DNA of 64,000 nucleotides from an uncultured Planctomycetaceae bacterium (GCA_963785305.1 CAWAUV010000007.1:256001-320000); one strand, 5' to 3'. Numbered from the stretch's first letter, positions 1 through 11,031 are shown. Notes: generated by a model not told the origin, from the sequence alone. Numbers and translations are program-made.

Positions 1-70
1 GCTCGCGATCGTCAACGGCGCTTGAGGCCGCGGCGATCGTGCTTTGTCATAGCGTCAAATTAGGGCGCAG

Positions 71-88
71 GCCCACGCAAGCGTGGGC
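71..88. repeat. Short REP-like palindrome GCCCACGC-AA-GCGTGGGC
   Basis: Perfect 8-bp inverted repeat in intergenic DNA, downstream of a minus-strand gene. Confidence 0.4.
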
Positions 89-133
89 ATGTCTTATTGC
101 GCACGCTAATTCAAATTATGCGGTGACGATGCG

Positions 134-960
134 CTAGGCCGCTCGCGCGGGCGATAGCGTCTCGTGCTCGGCGGGCAGGACCGCGATCGTCGTGGCGACT
201 GTCGCCGTGGGCACGAGCGGCGCGGCCGGGCCCGAGGGCGGCGCCAGCTTAAGTCGGCCCAGGGGGCTGAAGAACAGACCGGGATATCCTGGCACGCGCG
301 TCTGGTACTCGCGATACATGTTGCCCATGTAGTACACGAGCCGTTGGTCCTTGAACCAACTGCCGGCGAAGATATACACCGTCCAGAGGCCGGTGAGGAT
401 CGCGCGATCGATCGTCATGTCGGGCGTGAACCAGGTGAGCCCCAAGAAGCTCAAATAGCCGGGATGGCGCATCACGGAAAACGCCCCGCGCGGTTTGAAC
501 GGCCGCCGCGGAATCGGCTGACGCCTGACCCAATACCACCAGGGCAGCCAGCCGGTGTGATAGCCGAATCCGGAGCAGAGCAGGCTATAAAACAACGTTC
601 CCCAGCAGCCGAGATAGAGCGCTTGCACGGCGATGCGGGACCAGCCCCCGAGTTGCCAGACGCCCAGTCGCCCACTTGCCACTGGAACATCGTGAGCAGG
701 AGGGTCAGGCAGGCGGCCGTGCAAAAAAAGAGCCCGTAAAACGCGGGCGAAATCCAGCGTCCGAGCCATTTTTTCACCGGCGGCGCCAGCAACACGCTAT
801 GCACCACGCAAAATTGAATCGCCAGGAGCGCGTCCCAGGCCAGATAGTTTCCGCCGGGTCGCGGCGGGGCGCCGGCCAGGAACACGTAGTTGTAGTACGA
901 AGCGTAGACAAACAGCGCCTGCACCAGCAGGCCGACCGTGATTCCTAAAAATCTGCGCAC
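134..960 (-). CDS. NnrU/isoprenylcysteine carboxylmethyltransferase-like membrane protein (MddA/nurim-like); one frameshift near 650
   Basis: N-terminal TM part (ORF 472..960) joins the C-terminal part (ORF 134..769), which contains RHPGYLSFLGLTWFTPDMT...YREYQTRVP, typical of the family. Confidence 0.7.
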
Positions 961-1019
961 GCGTGCGGCTCCTTCCGATCTTCAGGGCCGGCCAATCCTT
1001 GGCCGATGTTATTTAATCG

Positions 1020-1868
1020 CTACTGAGTTTCTTTGTCCGCGAGCGGCTTTTTCGCCACGAAGCAGCCATAGCGCATCGATCCGTCGCGATAAGCGTCGCC
1101 AAGCACGTGAAATCGATCGAGAAACAGCGTCGTGTCGCGATCCACCAACCACGCGAGCCGTCGCACGCCGCTCCGCGCGACCCGCGCCTCGCAAATATCC
1201 CAAGTGCGAACGACCCGATCGGTCCAATCCAGGGATTGCGTGACCTGCAATCCGGCCTCGGTCATCCAGCCGCGATAGTCGTCGAAGGTTCCCAGCGATG
1301 GGCAGAAAAAGCCCTCGCAAACTTGCATCACGCGATCCAGGGCCGGCGCGTCTTGCCGGTCGCCCGCCAGCCACGCGCAAATCGCCATGCGGCCGCCGGG
1401 CTTGAGCCAACGCGCGGCGCGCTCGAAAAACTTCGGCTTATCGAACAAATGCTCCGTGCATTCGATGCTCCACACCAGATCGAAGCTTGCTTCCGGAAAT
1501 TCAGCCTGGTCGGCGTCGGCGCAAAGCCAGCGGGTGCTGCCCGAGAGCCCGCGCCGCCAGCTTTCGCAAGCGGCCCAGACCCGCTGAACCGGACTGAGCG
1601 TGATGCCGGTGGCCTGACAGCCGCGCCGCGCGAGGTCCATGGTCGAACCCCCCATGCCGCAGCCCACGTCGAGCACCGTTTGGCCCGAGCGCACCTCGGC
1701 CAGCGAGGCCAAGGTTTCGGTCAATTGTTGCTGCGCGACCTCGGGCGATTCATCGGCCTCCCATAGGCCATGATGAATGTGCCGGCCCCAGAGCAGGCGG
1801 TAGAACAGCGTCGAGAGATCGTAGTGAAAACGAATCTCGCTTTTCTTGACGGTTGGGCAACTGATCAC
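1020..1868 (-). CDS. Class I SAM-dependent methyltransferase (tocopherol/sterol methyltransferase-like)
   Basis: HYD..WGRHIHHGLW motif, VLDVGCGMGG SAM-binding motif, FDLVWSIE, LKPGGR. GTG start at 1868 is assumed; the ORF is open to 1931. Confidence 0.85.
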   Translation of the reverse strand: MISCPTVKKSEIRFHYDLSTLFYRLLWGRHIHHGLWEADESPEVAQQQLTETLASLAEVRSGQTVLDVGCGMGGSTMDLARRGCQATGITLSPVQRVWAACESWRRGLSGSTRWLCADADQAEFPEASFDLVWSIECTEHLFDKPKFFERAARWLKPGGRMAICAWLAGDRQDAPALDRVMQVCEGFFCPSLGTFDDYRGWMTEAGLQVTQSLDWTDRVVRTWDICEARVARSGVRRLAWLVDRDTTLFLDRFHVLGDAYRDGSMRYGCFVAKKPLADKETQ

Positions 1869-1946
1869 GGGGCTCGCCTTTCGAGTCGTGCGAGCGACCG
1901 GCGCATCGAAGTGCGCCGGTCGCACACGCATCCGCGGACTTGCAAT

Positions 1947-2597
1947 TTACTTGGCGAGATCGATTTCGCCCCAGATCGTCAGTTTATCGGCGACACCCAC
2001 GGCGCCCAGCGCCGCGGTGTAGGGCTTGATGCCGAACTTGGTCTGTTCGATGGCGAACTTGCCGCGGACGTGAACCGCGGCGCCCGCGTCGCTGGCTTCG
2101 GCCTGGATCACGAGCGGTTGGCTCGCGCCGTGCAGTCGAAATGTGCCGCGAAGCTCATACACCCGGCCAGCCGCCGTGGGCTTGCCCACCGGCAACGCCG
2201 ATTCGATATCGAACGTGGCCGTCGGATATTTTTTCACATCGAGCACTTCCGGTCCGAGCATATTGTCGGTGACCTGCTTCTGATGCGAGGCCGAAGCGCT
2301 GTCGCCCAGGCCCACGAACTTACGGGCCTCGTCGGTGTCGGCGATGAAGCTTGGCATGTCGAACACAATCTGCCCCGCGCCGCTTTTGGCGTCGAGCTTG
2401 AGCCGACCGCCTTGCAAGTGGCCGGCGATTCCGTGTTGATGTCCGAGACCGGACTTGTCGACCAGGATGTACACCCGACTTGTTTTCACATCGATGGCGC
2501 CCGTATCGGCCCGGGCCGGGCTCTGGGCCGCGGGAGCGAGATAGTTGGCGACGAGGGCAACGACCAGCGCGAGCGGAAAGGCGAAAGAGCGAACCAT
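1947..2597 (-). CDS. YceI-family secreted lipid/polyisoprenoid-binding protein
   Basis: Signal peptide; MLGPEVLDVKKYPTATF, LRGTFRLHG, QTKFGIKP motifs. Confidence 0.85.
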   Translation of the reverse strand: MVRSFAFPLALVVALVANYLAPAAQSPARADTGAIDVKTSRVYILVDKSGLGHQHGIAGHLQGGRLKLDAKSGAGQIVFDMPSFIADTDEARKFVGLGDSASASHQKQVTDNMLGPEVLDVKKYPTATFDIESALPVGKPTAAGRVYELRGTFRLHGASQPLVIQAEASDAGAAVHVRGKFAIEQTKFGIKPYTAALGAVGVADKLTIWGEIDLAK

Positions 2598-2827
2598 GGG
2601 CAAATTCCTCCGTGAGGCGGCAGCGAACCGGAGACAAAACCGCGGAATGATCAGACAAGCGTCGTCTGGAGAATCGCGATGTCGCGTCCTCCAGAAACAC
2701 CAGTAAAACGGCCCTACGGAAAACAATCCCGCCTAGCGCCGGTCTGACATAGGATCATTCCACGAACTTCGCTAAGCTTAGCCCCGCCCGACCGTTCATC
2801 AAATGGCAAAACACGGGAAATGCTCGT

Positions 2828-3789
2828 ATGTTAAGAACAGGTTTGGCCTTGTTCGCTGCCCTGGCGGCGCTCGAAAACGCGAGGCTCGGCATCGTTGGCG
2901 CCCATCCCCTGCTAGCAGCGGACGCTCGCGCCGAGTTGAGCGCCGCGCCAGGAGTTCCCGCGAACCCGCTCCAGGCGCAATTGATTCGCGATGGCGTGCC
3001 GGTGTCGGCGAGCGAAACGCTCCATTTGCCGGCGCCGACGGGCGCGGCGGGCCTCGGCGCCGCCGAGCAGCGCGCGCGCGTCAAGTCGATTCCCGCGCGC
3101 ATATTGATTGGGACTCATTCACGCGCCATTCGGTCGTCGCGCCGTTCGTGCTCAAGATCGGCGCGCCGGCCGATGGGCCCGCCAGCCAAGCCGCGGGTCG
3201 GCAGGTGGACCTGTGGTTCGTCGCCTATGGCGATCTCGACTCCCTGGCCGACGATGATTTCGTCGAGCGGCAATTTCGCTCCGCCGCGAGCGAAGACGAT
3301 TCGGAAAACCGCCCGCGCACCAAGCTCTTCACCGAGGCCGAACTGGCAAGCCGCGGCATCGCTCTACCCAGCGGACCCAACCGCCCCGCGTTTCTCGCCG
3401 GCGACTTCACATTGCTCGACAAAGCACGCATCTCGGGCGTGGCGCGAAGCCTGAAGACGCGCGAGGCCGATCTGCTCGTCGTGGCCTCTTTGCTCGACGA
3501 GCGATTCGACTCCGACGCCGAATTTCCCAACTCCTGGCGGGCGATCACCCGCGACTCGGCCGGCAAGCGCCAATTGGGCGTTCGGCAACCTTATGCGGGT
3601 TTTGGCTCCTACGCCCAGGTCACGCGGTTGGCCGAACCGGCCGGCGCGCTGCTGATTGAATACCATGTCGCCTTCGCCGAGCCGAAAGGCTGGTTTAATG
3701 GCGCGAATCTGTTGCGGTCCAAGCTGCCGATCGTGGCGCAAGAGGGAGTGCGCAAGTTGCGGCGTTCGCTCGATGCGAAGAAATCGTAG
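2828..3789 (+). CDS. Secreted hypothetical protein; frameshift near 3100
   Basis: Signal-peptide N-terminus in ORF 2828 continues into the frame of ORF 2803..3789; sits directly upstream of sppA. Confidence 0.6.
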
Positions 3790-3794
3790 CGAGT

Positions 3795-4973
3795 GTGTTC
3801 GCGGCGCTCTGTTCGCGGGAGAATCCGTTCGTGCCCAGGTCGTTGCCCAGCCCGACGCCGCAACTTGCCCGCACCGGCCGCCGGCTTGGCGTTGCCGCGG
3901 CGGCGGCGCTCGGCGCGCTCATGTGCGGCTGTTTATCGGAGCCGCTGCGCGTGTCCACGAACTCGCGCGTGGGCGGCGACTTGGCGGCTCAGGTCGACGC
4001 CACCGCCAAGGTCGACGCCAATGTCAATGGCCATGTCGACGCCGATCTGTCGCTCACGCCCAAGCCGATTCCGGTGCGGGCAGTGCGACTGCCGCATGCC
4101 ACGAAACACCGCGCGCCGGTCGTGGCTCTGGTCGATGTCGATGGCCTACTGCTCGACGCCGACGCCGCGGGCCTTGGCTCGCTGGGCGAAAATCCGGTGG
4201 CGGCCTTTCGCGAAAAGCTCGACGCGATCGAGGCCGATGCCCAGGTGTGCGCCGTCGTGGTGCGAATTAACACCTATGGCGGCGGCGTCACGGCGTCGGA
4301 CATCATGTGGCGCGATCTGCAAGCGTTTCGCCATCGCACTGGCTTGCCGGTCGTCGCGTGTCTAATGGATGTGGCCACGGGCGGCGGGTACTACTTGGCC
4401 ACGGCCGCCGACAAGATCGTGGCCCACCCGACGACCATCACCGGCGGCATCGGCTGCATCTTGAATCTCTACAATCTGCAAGACCTGATGGGCCAGTTCA
4501 ATATCGTGAACATGGCGATCAAGAGCGGACCCAAGATCGACGTGGGCACTCCGACCAAGCCGCTCGACGAAGCCGATCGCCAATTGCTGCAACAAATGTG
4601 CGACGATTTTCACGCCCGGTTTCGCAAGCTGGTGCTCGAAACGCGCCCGGTCGACGCCAAGAACGAAGCCGTGTTCGATGGCCGGGTCTGCACCGGGATC
4701 AAGGCGCACGAATGGGGTCTGGTCGATCGCGTGGGCTATCTCGACGATGCCCTGGCGCTGTGCGGCGGGCTTGGCCGATCGCCAGCGGCCGATGTCGTGA
4801 CGTTCCGTCGCAAGGGCGATGAAGCTCTCTCGACGTATGCCATCACCCCGAATATCCCCCTGCACGACAAGCTGGTTCCGGTGAGCATTCCGGGCCTCGA
4901 TCGCACTCGGTTACCCACGTATCTTTACATGTGGCTGGTCGAGCCCTCGGCCGAGAAAATCTTGGGAAAATAG
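3795..4973 (+). CDS. sppA: Signal peptide peptidase SppA (S49), probable lipoprotein
   Basis: RINTYGGGVTAS, DVATGGGYYLATAADKIVAHPTTITGGIG, GLVDRVGYLDD. True start may be further downstream. Confidence 0.85.
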   Translation: MFAALCSRENPFVPRSLPSPTPQLARTGRRLGVAAAAALGALMCGCLSEPLRVSTNSRVGGDLAAQVDATAKVDANVNGHVDADLSLTPKPIPVRAVRLPHATKHRAPVVALVDVDGLLLDADAAGLGSLGENPVAAFREKLDAIEADAQVCAVVVRINTYGGGVTASDIMWRDLQAFRHRTGLPVVACLMDVATGGGYYLATAADKIVAHPTTITGGIGCILNLYNLQDLMGQFNIVNMAIKSGPKIDVGTPTKPLDEADRQLLQQMCDDFHARFRKLVLETRPVDAKNEAVFDGRVCTGIKAHEWGLVDRVGYLDDALALCGGLGRSPAADVVTFRRKGDEALSTYAITPNIPLHDKLVPVSIPGLDRTRLPTYLYMWLVEPSAEKILGK

Positions 4974-5104
4974 AGAGTCAAGGGGTGCGCCGTCTTCGCG
5001 GTCCATTTCCAACCTGCAAGGGCCCGGGGCCCTTTCGCGCGGGGCGCGTTTCCGGCATAATGCTCGTTTTTCCCGCAGGCGGCAGCAGCGAGGGTTTTTC
5101 GATC

Positions 5105-6726
5105 ATGCCCAGAATTATCGTTCTCGACACCATCGCCCCCGAAGGCTTGGCGATGCTCGACGCCGCGGGCGTCGAATTCGAAGTGCGCACCGGACTCAAG
5201 GGCGACGCCTTGCGGTCGTCGCTCGCCGAGTTCGATGGCGCCATTCTCCGCAGCGGCGTCAAAATCACGGCCGAGTCGCTCGAAGGCAACCAGCGGCTCA
5301 AGGCGATCGTGCGGGCCGGAGTCGGCACCGACAATATCGACTCGAAGGCCGCCACCCGGCTCGGCATCATCGTGATGAACACGCCGGCCGGCAACACCGT
5401 GAGCACCGCCGAACATGCCATCGCCTTGATGCTCGCCCTCTCGCGCAATGTGGCCCCGGCGTATCAAAGCCTCATCGAGGGCCGCTGGGATCGGGCCAAA
5501 TACATGGGCACGCAGCTCGCCGACAAGACGCTCGGGATCATCGGACTCGGCCGCATCGGCCAAGCGGTCGCCCAGCGAGCCAAGGCATTTCAAATGAACC
5601 TGCTCGGCTACGATCCGTTCCTGTCGGCCGAGCGCGCCAAAGAGCTCGGCATCCAACCGGTTCCCACGGTCGAAGACATGCTGCCGCAAGTCGACTACCT
5701 CACGGTTCACACCCCGCTGACCGACGAAACCCGCAATCTGATCGGCATGCCGCAGCTGGCAAAGCTTCGCAAGGGCGTGCGGCTGATCAACGTGCGCTCG
5801 CGGCGGCATCTACAACGAAGAGGCGCTCGTCGAGGGGCTCAAAAGCGGCGTGATCGCCGGCGTGGCGCTCGATGTGTTCGCCACCGAGCCCTGCCCGAAA
5901 CATCCGCTGTTCGGCATGCCGGGCGTGGTGTGTACTCCGCACTTGGGCGCCAGCACCGAAGAGGCGCAGACCCAAGTGGCGGTCGAAGGCATCGGCCTCT
6001 TGCTCGACTTCTTCCGCACCGGCGCGATTCGCCATGCCGTGAACATGACCCCGGTCGATCGCGCGACGATGAACGAACTGCGCGGCTATCTCGATGTGGC
6101 CTATCGCTTGGGAATGCTCGTGGCTCAAAGCGAATTGGGCACGATTCAGCGCTGCACATTGCGATATCGCGGCGAAGTGGCCAGCAAGAAGACCAAGCTC
6201 ATCACCTCGAGCTTTGCCGCCGGTCTGCTCTCGAAAGCGCTCTACGCAAGAGATCAATATCGTCAACGCCGAAGTCTTGCTCCGCGAGCGCGGCATCGAG
6301 TTGGTCGAGCAAACTCGCGGCGACTTGGGCGCTTTCAGCTCGACCGTCACCGCCGAAGTCACCGCCGAAAAGAAGATAATTTCCGCGACAGGCACCGTGT
6401 TCGGGCTCGATATGCCGCGGCTCGTGCAGCTCAATGAGTATCGGCTCGAGACGTATCTCGACGGTGTGTTGCTGCTCTTCACGCACAAGGACGTGCCGGG
6501 CATCATCGGCCTCGTGGGCACGATCTTCGGGCGGCACAAGGTGAATATCGCCCAGATGTCGGTCGGCCGCGCGAGCAAGGGTGGCCAAGCGATCGGCGTG
6601 TTGAATCTCGACGCGCTGCCGCCCAAGGAAGCGATCGACGAAGTGCGCTCCCACGACGCGATTCAATCGGCCACGGTCATCAAATTGCCCGACGCCGGCG
6701 AAAAGCCGAGCTGGATGGCGGTCTAG
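5105..6726 (+). CDS. serA: D-3-phosphoglycerate dehydrogenase (long form with ASB and ACT domains); two frameshifts (about 5795 and 6245)
   Basis: RAGVGTDNID, GIIGLGRIG, TPHLGASTEEAQ, and C-terminal ACT domain (DVPGIIGLVGTIFGRHKVNIAQM) across three frames. Confidence 0.93.
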
Positions 6727-6766
6727 CAGCCCATTTGGCTATTTGGTCAACCGCGAATAAAAAACG

Positions 6767-6812
6767 AACGCGGCCCTCGGAATTGTTATCGATTCCGAGG
6801 GCCGCGTTTTTT
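6767..6812. terminator. Bidirectional intrinsic terminator between convergent serA and DUF892 genes
   Basis: 17-bp stem AACGCGGCCCTCGGAAT/ATTCCGAGGGCCGCGTT flanked by A and T tracts. Confidence 0.8.
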
Positions 6813-6845
6813 CGCGTGGGTCCGTTCGCGAATTTCGCGTTCGCT

Positions 6846-7342
6846 TCAGCGGGCCGCGGATTGCTCCTCGACGATCTCGCTCACGAGCAGGTCCTTCAGC
6901 TTCTCGTCGGTGGCCTCTTCTTCCTCGTAGGTCTTTTGCAGAAGCTTGAACACCTCGGTTTGGCCGAGTTTTTCAGCAAGCGCCCTCGCGGTGCAATAGG
7001 CCGCCATTTCATAGTGCTCCACCCGTGCGCGGCGCCGATCAGGCCCGCGTCGAGCACCGCGGGCTCGCCCTCTTGCTCGAGCTGCTCGGCGCCCTCGGTG
7101 ACCAAGCCTTCCATGGCGGCGCAATGTTCCGCCTGCGCCGATTTGCCCAGATGTCCAAAAGCCTTTTCAAGCCGTTCGACATGGGTCTTGGTTTGTTCCA
7201 AATGTTTGAGAAAACCTGCTCGCAATTTGGGATTCGTCGCGCCCTTGGCCATTTTGGGCAGGGCTTTTATCAACTGCTTTTCGGCGCTCAGCAGGTCTTT
7301 CAGTTCATGTACGAGCAAGTCTTCCATCGTGGCAAGTTTCAT
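6846..7342 (-). CDS. Ferritin-like DUF892 (YciE/YciF) protein; frameshift near 7025
   Basis: LKDLLSAEKQLIKALPKM..HLEQTKTHVERLE..CAAMEGL, then VEHYEMAAY..EEEATDEKL in the next frame. Confidence 0.88.
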
Positions 7343-7470
7343 GGTTCGCCTTTCACAAGAAATAAATGGCCAAAACATTCGGCGGCGAGATCACGAGCCC
7401 CGCGCCGCGGGAAAGATGCGATTCAAGCAATGCGGCCCCCATCGGCCGCACGGCGTTAAATCCATGCATA

Positions 7471-7486
7471 AGCAAACATGGCGCCA
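7471..7486 (-). promoter_or_regulatory. Putative sigma54 (-24/-12) promoter of the DUF892 gene
   Basis: Minus strand TGGCGCCATGTTTGCT = GG-N10-GC, close to consensus TGGCACG-N4-TTGC. Confidence 0.55.
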
Positions 7487-7765
7487 TGATCGAAAAGGCC
7501 GGAATCGATCGACATCGAACACCGGAAAACCCTGGAAAGCAAATTCACGGACCGCTGAAAGTTTGGCGACTCCGATCGAGCGGGCGCCACTTCATGGAAC
7601 TCGCGGCTGATGCGTCGCCGCTCAATACGTTTCTTTCGCGACCACGGTGGCTGGTGGCCTTGGAGCCGAGAAGCGGTTGGCGGAAACCGTCGCGCGGCGT
7701 TATCCTAAACGCACTTCGCAAGCGGCTCCTTCAAAACTCCCTTTTCTTGATTGCGGCGCGAGCCC

Positions 7766-8998
7766 ATGTCCGCTTCCAAAACCGAAGTCGTGGTGATTAA
7801 CTGCGGCAGTTCGTCGCTTAAGTTTGCTTGGATCGAGAGCCAACATGGCGAATTGCTGGCCACGGGCCTCGCCGAACGCCTGGGCTCGCCCGAAGCTCGA
7901 TGGAAACTGACTTGCAAAGGCGCGGAGCATTCGGAAGCGCTCGCCGGCGCCGATCATGCCCGGACCCTCGAACGGATGGTATCCCTCTGCTGGCCGGGAG
8001 CCGAGCCGCGGGGACTCTTGGCTGTCGGGCATCGCATTGTGCATGGCGGCCCGCGGTTTCACGAGCCGGTAGTGATCGACGACGATGTGTTGCGAGGCAT
8101 CGAAGGGTGCGTCGATCTGGCCCCGCTACACAATCCGGCCAATCTCACCGGAATTGCGATCGCGCGGCGCCATTTTCCCGATCTTCCCAATGTGGCGGTG
8201 TTCGACACTTCGTTTCACCATACGCTGCCCGAGCCTGCCTATGTGTACGGCGTGCCCCACGAATGGCGCGAGCAGCACGCTGCCCGCCGCTATGGTTTTC
8301 ATGGCACGAGCTACGAGTTCGTGTCGGGGGAAACGGCCCGTCGGCTCGGCCGCCCCGCGGAAGACTTGCAACTCATCATGGCCCACCTGGGCAACGGCGC
8401 CAGTGTATGCGCCATGCGCGGCGGGCGGAGTGTCGACACCAGCATGGGGCTCACGCCGCTCGAAGGGCTGGTCATGGGCACGCGCTCGGGCGATGTCGAC
8501 CCGAATCTAACGGAGTACATTGCCCGAAAAACAGGTCGGCCAATCACCGAAATCATCGACATTTTGAATCGCCACAGCGGTCTGGCGGGCGTTTCGGGAC
8601 TGGGCAACGATATGCGCACGCTCATCGAAGCGGCGGCCGGCGGCGCGGCGCGCGCCCAACTGGCGATCGATCTGTTTTGCTATCGGCTGGCGCGGTGGAT
8701 ATTGGCGGTGGCGGCCGGTTTGTCGCGGATCGACGCGCTCGTGTTCACCGCCGGCATCGGCGAGCATTCGGCCGAAATACGCGCCGAAGCGCTCGCCAAC
8801 CTCGCGATTCTCGGGCCGCAACTCGATTCCGCGCGCAACGCGGCGCATGGCAAGCAGTCGGGCGGCGTGATTACGCGCGAGGGCGCCCCCGGACTCGTGG
8901 CGATGGTTGTGCCAACCAACGAAGAATGGATGATCGCCCGCCACGCAGCTCGGCTCTGCGGACAACCGGCCGCGCCGGGCAACGCGCGGGCCAAATGA
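7766..8998 (+). CDS. ackA: Acetate kinase
   Basis: VINCGSSSLK, GHRIVHGG, APLHNP, RRYGFHGTS, HLGNGAS, MGLTPLEGLVMGTRSGDVDP, PTNEE. Confidence 0.96.
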   Translation: MSASKTEVVVINCGSSSLKFAWIESQHGELLATGLAERLGSPEARWKLTCKGAEHSEALAGADHARTLERMVSLCWPGAEPRGLLAVGHRIVHGGPRFHEPVVIDDDVLRGIEGCVDLAPLHNPANLTGIAIARRHFPDLPNVAVFDTSFHHTLPEPAYVYGVPHEWREQHAARRYGFHGTSYEFVSGETARRLGRPAEDLQLIMAHLGNGASVCAMRGGRSVDTSMGLTPLEGLVMGTRSGDVDPNLTEYIARKTGRPITEIIDILNRHSGLAGVSGLGNDMRTLIEAAAGGAARAQLAIDLFCYRLARWILAVAAGLSRIDALVFTAGIGEHSAEIRAEALANLAILGPQLDSARNAAHGKQSGGVITREGAPGLVAMVVPTNEEWMIARHAARLCGQPAAPGNARAK

Positions 8999-9012
8999 TC
9001 GGGCGCCGCGGT

Positions 9013-10002
9013 TCAGACCGTGACGACGATCTTTCCAATCTGCGCGTTCGACTCCAGGAAACGATGCGCTTCGACAATTTGCTCAAAGGGAAATGTCTTG
9101 GCGATGAGCGGTTTGAGTTTGCCCTCGGCCAGACCTTGCACGATAAACTTCTTGGCTCGATCGAGTCGCGCCGCGTCGGCCGTGAGCTCGAGCAAGAGAT
9201 AACCTCGCACCGTAAGCGACTTGCTGAGCAGGTCCAAGAGCGGCAAGGGCGTAGGCTCGGCGCTGAGCGCACCGTATTCGAACAAAATGCCGCGTTCGGC
9301 CAGAGCCGCGAGCAACTTGAGCACTGTCGGCCCGCCCACCGGATCAAAAGCCACGCGCACCCCACGACCGCCCGTGATCCGGCGCACTTCGGCCACAAGG
9401 TCTTGCTCTTCGGTGGCAATCAAATGCGCGGCGCCGGCATCGAGCAGCGCTTGCCCCTTGGCGCCGGTTCGCGTGAGGGCCACGGGCACGGCGCCGACCA
9501 TGTTCGTAATTTGAATTGCGGCCAAGCCCACGCTGCTCGACGCCGCGGGAATTAGCACCGTGTCGCCCTGGCCGATCGCGGCGATGTCGATCAGCGCACC
9601 GTAGGCCGTGGCGTATTGCATCCAGATTGCCGCCGCCTCGACCCAAGAGAGCGAAGGCGGGTGCTTCACCGCGGCGCTGGCCGGGGCCAAGATCATGTCG
9701 CCATAGGTTCCGTAGCGATTCATCGAGAACGAGGGCACGAGACTTACCGCGTCGCCCGGCTTGAATTGGGCAACGCCCATGCCAATCGCGTCGACCACTC
9801 CCGCCGCCTCGTAGCCGAGCCGAGCCGGAAACTTGGGCTGCTCGATGTACTGGCCACCGCGGAACATCGCCTCAGCCCGATTGAGGCCGATGGCTTTGAC
9901 CGCAATCCGAATTTCGTTGTTCCCCGGCCGTGGCACATCGACTTCTTCGATCCGCAAGACTTCGGGTCCGCCGGTTTCGTGAAAACGCACAGCGCGCGCC
10001 AT
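9013..10002 (-). CDS. MDR-family NADPH:quinone oxidoreductase (zinc-binding ADH superfamily)
   Basis: GGPEVL, IGLNRAE, LGYEAAG, AASSSVGLAAIQ, GKIVVTV. Confidence 0.92.
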   Translation of the reverse strand: MARAVRFHETGGPEVLRIEEVDVPRPGNNEIRIAVKAIGLNRAEAMFRGGQYIEQPKFPARLGYEAAGVVDAIGMGVAQFKPGDAVSLVPSFSMNRYGTYGDMILAPASAAVKHPPSLSWVEAAAIWMQYATAYGALIDIAAIGQGDTVLIPAASSSVGLAAIQITNMVGAVPVALTRTGAKGQALLDAGAAHLIATEEQDLVAEVRRITGGRGVRVAFDPVGGPTVLKLLAALAERGILFEYGALSAEPTPLPLLDLLSKSLTVRGYLLLELTADAARLDRAKKFIVQGLAEGKLKPLIAKTFPFEQIVEAHRFLESNAQIGKIVVTV

Positions 10003-10017
10003 GAGCGAGTTCTCCTG

Positions 10018-10059
10018 GTATGGGAGCTACCGTATTGGAGTCACCGTATTGGAGCTATC
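10018..10059. repeat. Three imperfect 14-bp direct repeats in the 5' region of the quinone oxidoreductase
   Basis: GTATGGGAGCTACC / GTATTGGAGTCACC / GTATTGGAGCTATC. Confidence 0.65.
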
Positions 10060-10358
10060 TCGTTGCTGGAGTCATCTTGTGTCGGGTTCGATGGCCCCAG
10101 GAAAGAGTCGCGATGGGAGCTTTGGCCCACCGTTCGTGGTTCAAAAGCCGCCCAACGCGCTGCCAGCCAAGGAAACGAATCCCTGGCCCGGCGACTCCTC
10201 GGAACGATCGAGATTATACCAAGACTTCCGCTTGAGCGGGTCTGCCCCGAGCCCCACCGCGCATTAGCGGACCGGGACCGGTTTCCACCCGGGTTGAGGC
10301 GCGCCTACCTTCGACGACCCTTGGCTGGCGTTTCCGCCGGAGCCCCGCCTTCGAGGCG

Positions 10359-10752
10359 TCATTTGTCGGCCTTTTTTGCGTCGCGGACGTACTTATGGCA
10401 GTTGACGCAGCTCAGCGTGACGTCGATGTAAGCCAGCGTCGCGCCGTCCAGGTTTTTCTTGCGCGGCTTCGGTGAGTTTGTCCGCCGAATGGCGAAATTC
10501 GGTGCTGAGGTATAAGTACTCCGGAGTTTGCACCACCTGCCAGGTCGAAGCTTGGCTGAGCAGGCTCAATTCCTGTGCGTGCCGCGCGATCGAATCAAAG
10601 TCTTCCGTCACCAGGCCCTCGAACACTTTCTGGCTATGGGGAAGCTTGCGGCGCATGAATTCGCGAACTTGATTGGGCTGTTCCTCGCCGCCGTAAAGAG
10701 CGGCGCAGATTCCCGCGGCGACAATTCCCAAACACACGATTTTCTTGATCAT
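10359..10752 (-). CDS. Small secreted cytochrome c'-like (class II, four-helix) protein; frameshift near 10460
   Basis: Signal peptide MIKKIVCLG...; after frame correction ...NLDGATLAYIDVTLSCVNCHKYVRD, with a C-terminal CxxCH. Confidence 0.75.
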
Positions 10753-11031
10753 AAGACAGCTCCAAATTGGCAAGGGGATAACGGCGCGCATCGAGCAACG
10801 CAACTCCAATGCCATCGCGGGGCAATGCGACGAATTCGCGGCGAACGACCGCCGCCGCCGCATGAAGCAGGCTTACGCCACGCCGCCAAGTGCCGAGATG
10901 CGCACGATTCTGGCTCGGGTCTCGCCAAAACCGCACACTTCCGCGTCTCCGCTGGATTTCCGACTTTGACTTGCGCGGCGGAATCCGCCGTCTTGGACAA
11001 CGGGCGAAGCTTGCGAGGCGCCGATCAACGG

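Noticed and set aside
5105..6726. Pseudogene or programmed-frameshift calls for serA and other split genes
   Set aside because: Breaks are evenly scattered, lack consistent slippery sites, and leave all motifs intact; sequencing error is more parsimonious.
6846..7342. DUF892 ferritin-like protein as an encapsulin cargo
   Set aside because: It lies several kb away with its own promoter and has no terminal targeting extension; ferritin-like cargos belong to Family 1 shells.
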